Source: an uncultured Hellea sp. (GTDB taxonomy: Bacteria; Pseudomonadota; Alphaproteobacteria; Caulobacterales; Maricaulaceae). From it: a stretch of DNA of 64,000 bases. Made by a program: the position numbers and the translations under genes. Shown here in pieces: positions 52,536-60,546 of the stretch (its first letter is position 1; every line of letters starts with the position of its first letter). The DNA is taken from contig CAYYMI010000001.1 in NCBI GenBank assembly GCA_964472905.1, positions 9,663 through 73,662 on the forward strand, written 5' to 3'. The notes under the pieces were generated by a model. It did no database searches. It saw only the letters and a list, made by a program, of their open reading frames with translations, and was not told the origin of the DNA.

Positions 52536-52549
52536 ATTAAGAGATATAA

Positions 52550-53089
52550 TTGCCGGATAAAATTCACAACCGTATAAAAAATCGCCGTATAGAACTTGGA
52601 CTTTCTCAAGATATTTTGGCAAAAACCTGCGGTGTTGGGCAATCAACAGTGGCCAATTGGGAACGTGGTGGACATATCCCCCGCCCTGCTAAGATTAATA
52701 AAATTGCTAAAGCTCTCAATATTGAAGAAGTTTGGCTCATTAGTGGTGAGCACCCAACAAATGAAGGCCCCATAAATCAATATCTAAACACGCCTATTCG
52801 GCACATACCTGTCTTCAATTGGCCCAGTTCAAAACCAGCTTTCGATTCTGAAAAACCGATTGGCTATGTGACAATGACGATTGGTCCGAAGAATGTGTTT
52901 TCTTTGTTGGCCCCTAAAAACGGGACAGAATTCAAACATAACACTCTATTGATGTTTACGAGAGACTATAATTCAAGTGAAACAGGGATCTTTTTGAGCC
53001 TTACGAACACAGACTTCACCTTAAAGACAGCCAATACTCCCCCTTCAGATTGTGAAGGGCGTCTTATATTCTCTCAAACAGCACATTAA
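52550..53089 (+). CDS. XRE/Cro-CI family HTH transcriptional regulator with degenerate S24-like C-terminal domain
   Basis: RIKNRRIELGLSQDILAKTCGVGQSTVANWERG--IP...IAKALNIEEVWLISGE; linker IPVFNW followed by a beta-rich domain. Confidence 0.88.
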   Translation: MPDKIHNRIKNRRIELGLSQDILAKTCGVGQSTVANWERGGHIPRPAKINKIAKALNIEEVWLISGEHPTNEGPINQYLNTPIRHIPVFNWPSSKPAFDSEKPIGYVTMTIGPKNVFSLLAPKNGTEFKHNTLLMFTRDYNSSETGIFLSLTNTDFTLKTANTPPSDCEGRLIFSQTAH

Positions 53090-53102
53090 ATCATATTTAG
53101 GA

Positions 53103-53813
53103 TTATGCTTGGCGCGCGATTTCCGCAAGACTATCCATTTGAAGGCTTGCCCCGCCAATCAGGGCGCCATTGACATTCTTAGTGGACAAAATCTCTTTGG
53201 CATTCTTAGGCTTAACGGAACCCCCATATAATATACGGACGTGGGGTCCAACAAGCTTTCGAATAACTAGATGCATTTTAGCAATATCACCCGCTGTTGC
53301 TGTCCTGCCTGTTCCGATGGCCCAAATAGGCTCATAGGCAATAACATAATCCTCAATCTTCGGCACTGACGCTTTAATTTGCTTAGAGACAACATCGCTG
53401 GCTTGACCTCCCTCACGTTGTTTTAAACTTTCCCCCACACAAATAATGGGAGTCATGCTGGCCTGTGACGCGGCCAGAGCCTTATCATAAACCATCTTAT
53501 CGCTCTCCCCTTGCGCTCTGCGCTCAGAATGACCGACAATTACATAATTAGCGCCAACAGATTTAAGCATAGCGGCACTCATCTCGCCCGTATGCGCGCC
53601 AGACTCTTCTGCATGACAGTTTTGAGCCCCCATGAGTACAGCACTTCGTGTGCAGCTTCGAACCATTGGCGCGATAAAAGCAGCAGGTGGACATATTAGG
53701 ATATCTAAATTTTGCCTTTTGATAGCCGGAAAAATGGCCTCAAACTCATCCGGCTTGGCTACCCAACTCATGTCTCCATGCATTTTCCAATTTCCAGCAA
53801 TTAAAGGACGCAT
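53103..53813 (-). CDS. tpiA: Triosephosphate isomerase
   Basis: AGNWKM, GHSERR, AYEPIWAIGTG, YGGSV, LIGGASL. Confidence 0.97.
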   Translation of the reverse strand: MRPLIAGNWKMHGDMSWVAKPDEFEAIFPAIKRQNLDILICPPAAFIAPMVRSCTRSAVLMGAQNCHAEESGAHTGEMSAAMLKSVGANYVIVGHSERRAQGESDKMVYDKALAASQASMTPIICVGESLKQREGGQASDVVSKQIKASVPKIEDYVIAYEPIWAIGTGRTATAGDIAKMHLVIRKLVGPHVRILYGGSVKPKNAKEILSTKNVNGALIGGASLQMDSLAEIARQA

Positions 53814-53931
53814 AAAAACTCCATCGACTCAGTTATTTATCTTTATCAATATCATGTTTCAGAAGAGTAAAGCCACTTGTATCAATAGGCCGCCATCGTT
53901 ATGTAATCCCAAATCACTTAAAAGGTTGGTT

Positions 53932-55857
53932 ATGGCCGAATCTATTGGCGGAAAAATTCGAAATGTAATGGTTGCAATCCTTATTGGCTTGCTGGTTGTT
54001 GCCTTTGCGGTTTGGGGGGTCAATGACGTCTTTACCCAACGTGCCGGTAACTCAGTACTAACCGTTGGCGATGCAAAGGTGACCTCTCAAGAATTTGAGG
54101 ATGCTTTCGAACGAGAACTCCAAACAATCAATAGAGATCAAGGTAGCTCAATAACCAATCAACAAGCTTATGCGCGTGGTATGCATAATCAAGTTCTACA
54201 AAGATTATTGACGGATACAGTCATTGGTATTGATGCCGATCAACTTGGCGTCGGCGTTAACAGGCGCGTGGCCAGAAATGTGGTCAAAGACATTCCCTCA
54301 TTTCAAAATGAATTAACGGGTGAGTTCAGCGAAGAGAAACTCAACAACCGCCTCGCTCAAAATAGAATTACGCGAAGACAATTCGAAGATGATGTCTTTC
54401 GCTCCCTGCGTAGACAACAAACTGTACCAGCCATTGTTGGCGGCCTTGAAGCGCCCTCTGATTTTGCAACTCAGCGCTACAACTTCATTACGGAGCAGCG
54501 TAAGGCAAAAATTCTAACAATCACAAAAGACGCTGTCCCTGCCCCGGCTGAACCAACGGAAGCAGAGCTAAAAAGTTTTGTTGAAGCCAATGGAACAAGA
54601 TACACAGCGCCCGAATACCGCCGCGTTACCATGATACGTTTGGAAACTTTCGACCTTACACCGGACATGGAAGCAACGGATGAAGAGATAAATACTGCGT
54701 TTCAGTATAAAATTGACCTTGGAGAACTTGGATCACCAGAAACACGAACAGTTGTTCAGATTACAGCAACAGATGAAGAGAGCGCTAAAGCCGCGGCCGA
54801 GCGACTCGCGCGCGGGGAAGACCCACAAGCCGTGGCATCAGGCCTTGGTCTTGTTGACCCTCAAATATTTGAAGACGTCAAGAAAGAAGCTATTTTGGAT
54901 CCTGAAACAGCGGACGCTGGGTTTTCCCTGGAAGAAGGAAAGGCAAAATCCCTACTTGGAAGTTTGGGGACTTACTATGCTGTTGGCGTGCAAAAAATAA
55001 CACCGGCCGTCATTCCTGACCTAGAAGAATCGAGAGAAGAACTCCGTGAATCTGTTTTGAACGAAAAAGCTGCTGAGAAATTATATGACATAACGGGCGC
55101 GATTGAAGATGCCATGTCTGACGGATTATCTTTAGAAGAGATTTCTGCCAAAGTTGATTGGCCTCTTTCTTATTATGATTTTGTTGATCGTTCAGGCAAA
55201 ACCAGAGACGATATAAGAATGTCAGGCTTTTCATTAATTCCTGGTATTGCGACGGATGATATTCTCCTGCGCGAAATTTTCACCAGCGACCTTGGATTTG
55301 AAACTGACCTCTTTGAAACATCGTCTAAGGGTTATGCAGCCATTCGGGTCGACGACATTATCGACAGCAAGATGCGTGATTTTACAGATGTGAAAGACCA
55401 AGCCACCTTAGCATGGAAGGCTGAAAAAACAGGCGAAGCTTTGGACGAGCTCGTTATTGACTTAGCGTCAAAAGCACAATCTGGAGACAGTTTAGCCTCT
55501 TTAACCTCAACATCGGAAAAAGGTCTTACACTTGATGATGTCGTTATTGTCAGATCAACACCCCCGCAAGACCTTAGCCGCGAAGTTGTCTTAGGCATGC
55601 TTGAAGGTCAAGTTGGAGCTATTGCTCGTGGAGCTGGGATAGCCACACAAACACGGCAAATCGGAAAGCTGCAAGAAATCGTCCCGAACCAAGATGGGCT
55701 GGCCGGTCAATTTTTAGATGTTCTGCAAGAGCAAGCCACAACGGCCATTAGTTCAGATTTACAAAATGCCTATCAGCAAGCTATTCTTTCGGAGAACGAA
55801 CTTCGTGAATATCCCGAAAAGATAAAACAAGCTCTCGGAATACAGACTGACGAGTAA
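53932..55857 (+). CDS. ppiD: PpiD-like periplasmic chaperone/peptidyl-prolyl isomerase (SurA N-terminal domain)
   Basis: N-terminal TM (LLVVAFAVWG), PEYRR and PETR motifs; conserved tpiA-ppiD-trpE synteny; start moved to 53932. Confidence 0.85.
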   Translation: MAESIGGKIRNVMVAILIGLLVVAFAVWGVNDVFTQRAGNSVLTVGDAKVTSQEFEDAFERELQTINRDQGSSITNQQAYARGMHNQVLQRLLTDTVIGIDADQLGVGVNRRVARNVVKDIPSFQNELTGEFSEEKLNNRLAQNRITRRQFEDDVFRSLRRQQTVPAIVGGLEAPSDFATQRYNFITEQRKAKILTITKDAVPAPAEPTEAELKSFVEANGTRYTAPEYRRVTMIRLETFDLTPDMEATDEEINTAFQYKIDLGELGSPETRTVVQITATDEESAKAAAERLARGEDPQAVASGLGLVDPQIFEDVKKEAILDPETADAGFSLEEGKAKSLLGSLGTYYAVGVQKITPAVIPDLEESREELRESVLNEKAAEKLYDITGAIEDAMSDGLSLEEISAKVDWPLSYYDFVDRSGKTRDDIRMSGFSLIPGIATDDILLREIFTSDLGFETDLFETSSKGYAAIRVDDIIDSKMRDFTDVKDQATLAWKAEKTGEALDELVIDLASKAQSGDSLASLTSTSEKGLTLDDVVIVRSTPPQDLSREVVLGMLEGQVGAIARGAGIATQTRQIGKLQEIVPNQDGLAGQFLDVLQEQATTAISSDLQNAYQQAILSENELREYPEKIKQALGIQTDE

Positions 55858-57326
55858 TGTCAGGGCAAATTCAACCTTCGAAAGCGGATTTCCTCAAAGC
55901 AACTGATAAGCCGCAACTCGTTTATGCACGCGTCATAAATGATCTTGATACGCCTGTGTCAGCCTATCTTAAGATTGCCAAAGGGAAGCCCTACGCCTTT
56001 TTGTTTGAATCTGTTCAGGGCGGCGAAATTAGAGGACGCTATTCATTTCTTGGCTTTTCACCAGATGTCATTTGGCGCGCCCATGGCGATGAGAGCGAAA
56101 TTTCGCGCGACGGCGGAGCTTTCAAAACACTCGGTGGAAAACCGCTCGAGACACTTCGAAGCCTTCAACAAGAATCAGCCTTTGATTTGCCCGACGGTAT
56201 ACCGCCCATGGGAGCAGGCTTATTTGGTTATCTGGGTTATGACATGATCCGCCAAGTCGAAGCTTTAGCCCCTGATATGCCCGACCCGATTGGCACGCCG
56301 GACGCGATTATGGTGCGCCCTACAATTGTGGCTATATTTGATGCAGTCGCGCAAGAAATCATTGTCGCCTCACCTGTTTATCAAGGCGGTAGCTATGACA
56401 AGGCCGTAGACAGGATTGAAGCCGTTATCCGCGACCTGATTTTACCTGCCAGTAGCAATGTAATTGAGGATATTCAAACACCAATCATTGAACCAAAATT
56501 AGGTACAAGCCTGTCAGCATTTTCTAAGCGTGTGAAAAAGGCCAAAGACTACATTTTGGCGGGGGATATTTTTCAAGTCGTCATCGGGCAAAGATTATCA
56601 GCTCCGCTCCCCGCGACTGACTTTGCCCTTTATCGGTCTTTACGGCGCATGAATCCTTCGCCTTTTCTCTATTTCCTAAATTTTGAAGATCATTCCATCA
56701 TCGGCTCTAGTCCAGAAATTTTAGTTCGTCTGCGCGACGGCATTGTTACAATACGTCCGATTGCGGGAACCCGCCCTCGCGGGAAAACCCATGCCGAGGA
56801 TATCCAGCACGAAAAGGACCTGCTCGCAGACCCTAAAGAATGCGCCGAGCATCTCATGTTGCTCGATCTTGGACGAAATGATGTCGGCCGCGTCTCCAAG
56901 GCAGGTACAGTACGCGTGACAGAAGAGTTCAATGTCGAACGCTATAGCCATGTTATGCATATCGTCTCTAACGTCGAAGGCGATATATTAGATAAACATG
57001 ATGCCATATCCGCTTTATTCGCAGGCTTTCCTGCGGGCACTGTTTCCGGCGCGCCTAAAGTCCGCGCTATGGAAATCATTGACGAGCTTGAAGTCGAAAA
57101 ACGCGGCATTTATGCAGGGGCGGTTGGCTATATTTCGTCCAATGGCGATATGGATACGGCTATTGCCCTTCGCACGGGAATTGTCAAAGACGGAACGCTC
57201 CATGTGCGCGCGGGCGCAGGTATTGTTATGGATTCCGTGCCCAAGCTTGAATTTGAAGAAACGCTTCACAAAGCGGCCGCACTCTTTCGCGCTGCAGAAC
57301 AATCCGTAAAGTTTGATAGGAATTAG
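55857..57326 (+). CDS. trpE: Anthranilate synthase component I
   Basis: FLFESVQGG--RGRYS, GDIFQVV, NPSPF, AEHLMLLDLGRND, AGTVSGAPK. Confidence 0.96.
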   Translation: MSGQIQPSKADFLKATDKPQLVYARVINDLDTPVSAYLKIAKGKPYAFLFESVQGGEIRGRYSFLGFSPDVIWRAHGDESEISRDGGAFKTLGGKPLETLRSLQQESAFDLPDGIPPMGAGLFGYLGYDMIRQVEALAPDMPDPIGTPDAIMVRPTIVAIFDAVAQEIIVASPVYQGGSYDKAVDRIEAVIRDLILPASSNVIEDIQTPIIEPKLGTSLSAFSKRVKKAKDYILAGDIFQVVIGQRLSAPLPATDFALYRSLRRMNPSPFLYFLNFEDHSIIGSSPEILVRLRDGIVTIRPIAGTRPRGKTHAEDIQHEKDLLADPKECAEHLMLLDLGRNDVGRVSKAGTVRVTEEFNVERYSHVMHIVSNVEGDILDKHDAISALFAGFPAGTVSGAPKVRAMEIIDELEVEKRGIYAGAVGYISSNGDMDTAIALRTGIVKDGTLHVRAGAGIVMDSVPKLEFEETLHKAAALFRAAEQSVKFDRN

Positions 57327-57327
57327 C

Positions 57328-57903
57328 ATGCTCCTCGTCATCGATAATTACGACAGCTTTACCTATAACCTCGTCCATTACGCTCAGGAAATGGGCGCGA
57401 ATACTCATGTCATTCGTAATGATGATATGGACGCTGGCCAAGCGCTAAGTCTGGGCGCAAAAGCTGTTCTGATTTCACCCGGCCCCAAAACGCCTGATGA
57501 GGCGGGTATGTGTCTTGATCTCTTAACCCAAGCTCCTGATGATCTGCCGATCCTAGGCATCTGTCTTGGACAACAAAGCATCGGACAAGCCTTTGGCGGC
57601 AAAGTCATTCGCGCCAAAGAAATTATGCATGGTAAAGTCAGTGACATCCATCATGACAGAACAGGTCTCTTTAAAGGCCTCGATAACCCTTTCAAGGCCA
57701 CGCGTTACCATAGCCTATCCGTTGAACGTAAAAGCCTGCCCGATAACCTCGCCATAAATGCATGGACGGATGACGGCGAGATTATGAGCCTGCGCCATAA
57801 GACCCGTCCGATACACGGCCTGCAGTTTCATCCCGAAAGCATCGCCTCTGAAAATGGTCACGCTTTGATTGGAGCCTTCCTTACGCTCGCAGGCATCAAA
57901 TAA
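57328..57903 (+). CDS. trpG: Anthranilate synthase component II (glutamine amidotransferase)
   Basis: IDNYDSFTYNL, SPGP, GICLG, QFHPES. Confidence 0.96.
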   Translation: MLLVIDNYDSFTYNLVHYAQEMGANTHVIRNDDMDAGQALSLGAKAVLISPGPKTPDEAGMCLDLLTQAPDDLPILGICLGQQSIGQAFGGKVIRAKEIMHGKVSDIHHDRTGLFKGLDNPFKATRYHSLSVERKSLPDNLAINAWTDDGEIMSLRHKTRPIHGLQFHPESIASENGHALIGAFLTLAGIK

Positions 57904-58859
57904 TGTCCAGCTTTGGAGACATATTGCGCGCCATCCTTCGCGGCGAGAAATCAGAAGCCGAGATTACGGATTTTCTCGTCACCTATAATGATGATGGACT
58001 GACTACGGAACATGTGCGCATCGGCGTAGAAGTCATGCGCGAGAATATGACCCCCGTGCATATTGACGGCGCGATAGATATTGTCGGCACAGGCGGGACA
58101 GGCTTGCATACGCTTTCTATCTCGACGGCCTCTGCCCTTGTCAGCGCAGGCGCGGGCGCGCGCGTTGCCAAGCATGGAAACCGCGCGGCCAGTTCGCTAA
58201 CAGGGACAGCGGACACACTCTCTGAGCTTGGCGTTAATCTCGCGATCACGCCAGAGAAAGCGGCACAATGCGTTGATAAGGCTGGTGTCGGATTTCTCTT
58301 TGCGCCCAATCATCACCCCGCCATGCGCTTTGTTGGACCAGCCCGCAAAGCCCTCGGGCGGCGCACGATTTTCAATCTGCTCGGCCCGATGAGTAATCCA
58401 GCAAGCACCCAGCGTATGTTGGTCGGTGTGAATAATGACAAATGGCGGCACCTCATGGCTAATGCGTTTGTCAATTTGGGCGCCAAGCATATTTGGGTTG
58501 TACACGGTGTTGACGGGCTTGACGAAATTACGACGACTAGCGAAACTTTCGTCAGTGAAGTCAAAGACGGTAAAGTCAAGCAGTTCACCCTCACCCCCGA
58601 AGCATTTGGACTAAACCGCGTGACCATTGAAGACTTACGCGGCGGACACCCCGCGGACAATGCCAAAGCCTTACGCGGCTTGCTCAATGGCAAAGCCAGT
58701 GCATACCGAGACATTGTTCTGCTTAATAGCGGCGCGGCCATGATGATTGCAGGTAAAACCAAAGACATTCAAAGCGGCATCGCCCTCGCCGCCAAGAGCA
58801 TAGATAGCGGCAAGGCCAAAGCGGCACTGGCCAAGCTGGTCGAGGTGAGCAATGGCTAA
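57903..58859 (+). CDS. trpD: Anthranilate phosphoribosyltransferase (short N-terminus)
   Basis: DIVGTGG, KHGNR, FLFAP-HHPAM, RTIFNLLGP--NP, DGLDE. Confidence 0.95.
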   Translation: MSSFGDILRAILRGEKSEAEITDFLVTYNDDGLTTEHVRIGVEVMRENMTPVHIDGAIDIVGTGGTGLHTLSISTASALVSAGAGARVAKHGNRAASSLTGTADTLSELGVNLAITPEKAAQCVDKAGVGFLFAPNHHPAMRFVGPARKALGRRTIFNLLGPMSNPASTQRMLVGVNNDKWRHLMANAFVNLGAKHIWVVHGVDGLDEITTTSETFVSEVKDGKVKQFTLTPEAFGLNRVTIEDLRGGHPADNAKALRGLLNGKASAYRDIVLLNSGAAMMIAGKTKDIQSGIALAAKSIDSGKAKAALAKLVEVSNG

Positions 58860-59652
58860 CACTCTTATGGACGCGCCTGACGTGCTTAAAAAAATCGTCG
58901 CCTATAAAGTCGATGAAGTCGCGGCCCTTCGGGATGATATTTCCATCGAAGAACTGCGCGAGATAGCCCGCGACCAAGCCCCTGCCCGCGGCTTTACCAA
59001 GGCTATTCAAACCGCATCAAACCCTGCCCTGATTTGCGAAGTCAAAAAGGCCAGCCCCTCCAAAGGTATTATCCGTGAGGATTTTGATCCCATTGCAATT
59101 GCCAAGGCTTACGAGGCAGGCGGCGCGGCTTGCCTGTCTGTCCTCACAGACGGTCCAGGTTTTATGGGCAGCCCTGACATATTCAAAGCCGTGCGAGCAA
59201 CAACACACTTACCGCTTTTGCGCAAAGACTTTTTGATAGACCCTATTCAAGTCACTGAATCCCGCGCGATGGGCGCAGATTGCATCCTTGTCATTATGGC
59301 AATGATTGATGACGATACGGCGCGCGCCTTAATGGAAGAAGCCACAGCGCTCGGCATGGACGCCCTTGTTGAAACACATGATGAAAACGAGTTAGCCTGC
59401 GCCGTCAAACTCGGCGCGTCCCTCATCGGCATTAACAACAGAGACCTACGCACCTTTGAAACCTCGCTCGACACCTTTACGACATTAGCGAGCCAAGTCC
59501 CCAAAATCGCGACCCTGATCGCGGAGAGCGGAATATTCACGAAAGATGATATTCAACGCCTCGCCAAGCACCGCGCGCAAGGTTATCTCATCGGCGAAAG
59601 CTTTATGCGACAGGATGACATTGAAGCGGCCGTCAAAACCTTGCGCAGCTGA
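58852..59652 (+). CDS. trpC: Indole-3-glycerol phosphate synthase
   Basis: EVKKASPSKG, LSVLTD, LRKDF, GINNRDL, ESGI, LIGE. Confidence 0.96.
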   Translation: MANTLMDAPDVLKKIVAYKVDEVAALRDDISIEELREIARDQAPARGFTKAIQTASNPALICEVKKASPSKGIIREDFDPIAIAKAYEAGGAACLSVLTDGPGFMGSPDIFKAVRATTHLPLLRKDFLIDPIQVTESRAMGADCILVIMAMIDDDTARALMEEATALGMDALVETHDENELACAVKLGASLIGINNRDLRTFETSLDTFTTLASQVPKIATLIAESGIFTKDDIQRLAKHRAQGYLIGESFMRQDDIEAAVKTLRS

Positions 59653-59674
59653 GAATCGCGCAGGAGCATATGGT

Positions 59675-59696
59675 CGGCCAAAGGGAGCTTTGGTCG
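59675..59696 (+). terminator. Hairpin after trpC (possible terminator)
   Basis: CGGCCAAAG-GGAG-CTTTGGTCG, 9-bp stem with one G-U; weak U-tract. Confidence 0.4.
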
Positions 59697-59730
59697 TGAA
59701 TTTAGGTGTAATTATCTCCGTATCTTAAAA

Positions 59731-60123
59731 CTAGCTCGGCCAAAGATGAGCGTCGCACAAACCATCTGGCTCCCGGAACTCCCCACGCGCGAACATAGCC
59801 CATAAGGCCTCTCGCACCTGACGATGGGCGTAATAGAGAAACTTATAGATACTGACTCTGCCCCATAATGAGAGGCGGCAAAGTCGTTCCATAAATTGTG
59901 TGGGCGACACACGGCGCGGTCCAAAGGCACAAAATGGCGCAAGGTTACGCGCAGGCTTGCGCCCGCCGCGCACCGCTGGCTTGGTAAAATGATGGTTTAA
60001 GTGACGTCTTGCCCGATTAGGACGGCGCGTATGCACGGCCCGCTGGGCATCCACTTTTAAAGGCTCGCCATGCCCCGTAACCACATAGACGCAAAGCCGC
60101 AGCCACATCCAAACCGCCGACAT
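59731..60123 (-). CDS. Hypothetical R/W-rich protein (doubtful)
   Basis: Open frame of ~130 codons in a GC-richer gap; no recognisable motif. Confidence 0.3.
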   Translation of the reverse strand: MSAVWMWLRLCVYVVTGHGEPLKVDAQRAVHTRRPNRARRHLNHHFTKPAVRGGRKPARNLAPFCAFGPRRVSPTQFMERLCRLSLWGRVSIYKFLYYAHRQVREALWAMFARGEFREPDGLCDAHLWPS

Positions 60124-60132
60124 AAATCCACC

Positions 60133-60368
60133 AAAGAATATGTAAGAGGTCATTCTAGTATTAAGAAACGCGAATCTTCACAACAGGATCAAGAGCGATT
60201 ATGGCGGCTACACATTAAGCTCGAATTTGCTGAATTTGAAATCCAGAAAATCAAGCACAGAGATATAGATGCATTCATCAGCAGGAAAGCTTCTAGGTTT
60301 CATTCAGATGACGATACAGTAGGGCGTGCAAATAATGTATGGCATAATGTCATCCATGATGAACTTTC
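60133..60368 (+). pseudogene. Tyrosine recombinase/integrase fragment (core-binding domain), frameshifted
   Basis: KEYVRGHSSIKKRESSQQDQERLWRLHIKLEFAEFEIQKIKHRDIDAFIS...GRANNV, continuing after a frameshift at ~60340 as GIMSSMMNF; resembles the integrase pattern Y---H----K--S----E-LW--HI-P-FG---I--I---DI--F ... AN-VL--LS-MFN-A. Confidence 0.6.
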
Positions 60369-60447
60369 ATAACCGCTTAGTATGCATTATAAGTACGCAT
60401 CGGACTAAAATAATCCAGTTCAACGCCGAACTTCCAATGTCCTGAGA

Positions 60448-60465
60448 GCCTTCCTTAAGGAAGGC
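60448..60465. repeat. Perfect 18-bp palindrome GCCTTCCTTAAGGAAGGC
   Basis: Self-complementary; lies between the integrase remnant and the 3' end of the DUF3604-like gene. Confidence 0.8.
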
Positions 60466-60546
60466 GGCTGCTACACATTACAAGCTGACTGCGGAGAGAG
60501 AAGCGTGACCCGAGAAAAGTACCCGTATGCTCTGCACAAGCATTAT

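Noticed and set aside
52247-52549. LexA (SOS) box, or identification of the regulator as LexA
   Set aside because: No GTTC-N7-GTTC repeat found; the HTH is XRE-type and no Ser/Lys dyad motif is evident
52523-52550. TTGAAA-16-TATAAT as the XRE promoter
   Set aside because: Its -10 overlaps the only plausible start codon (TTG 52550), so the transcript would begin downstream of it; left uncalled
53632-53931. 100-aa N-terminal extension of ppiD
   Set aside because: Overlaps tpiA on the opposite strand; the PpiD-like sequence begins at ATG 53932
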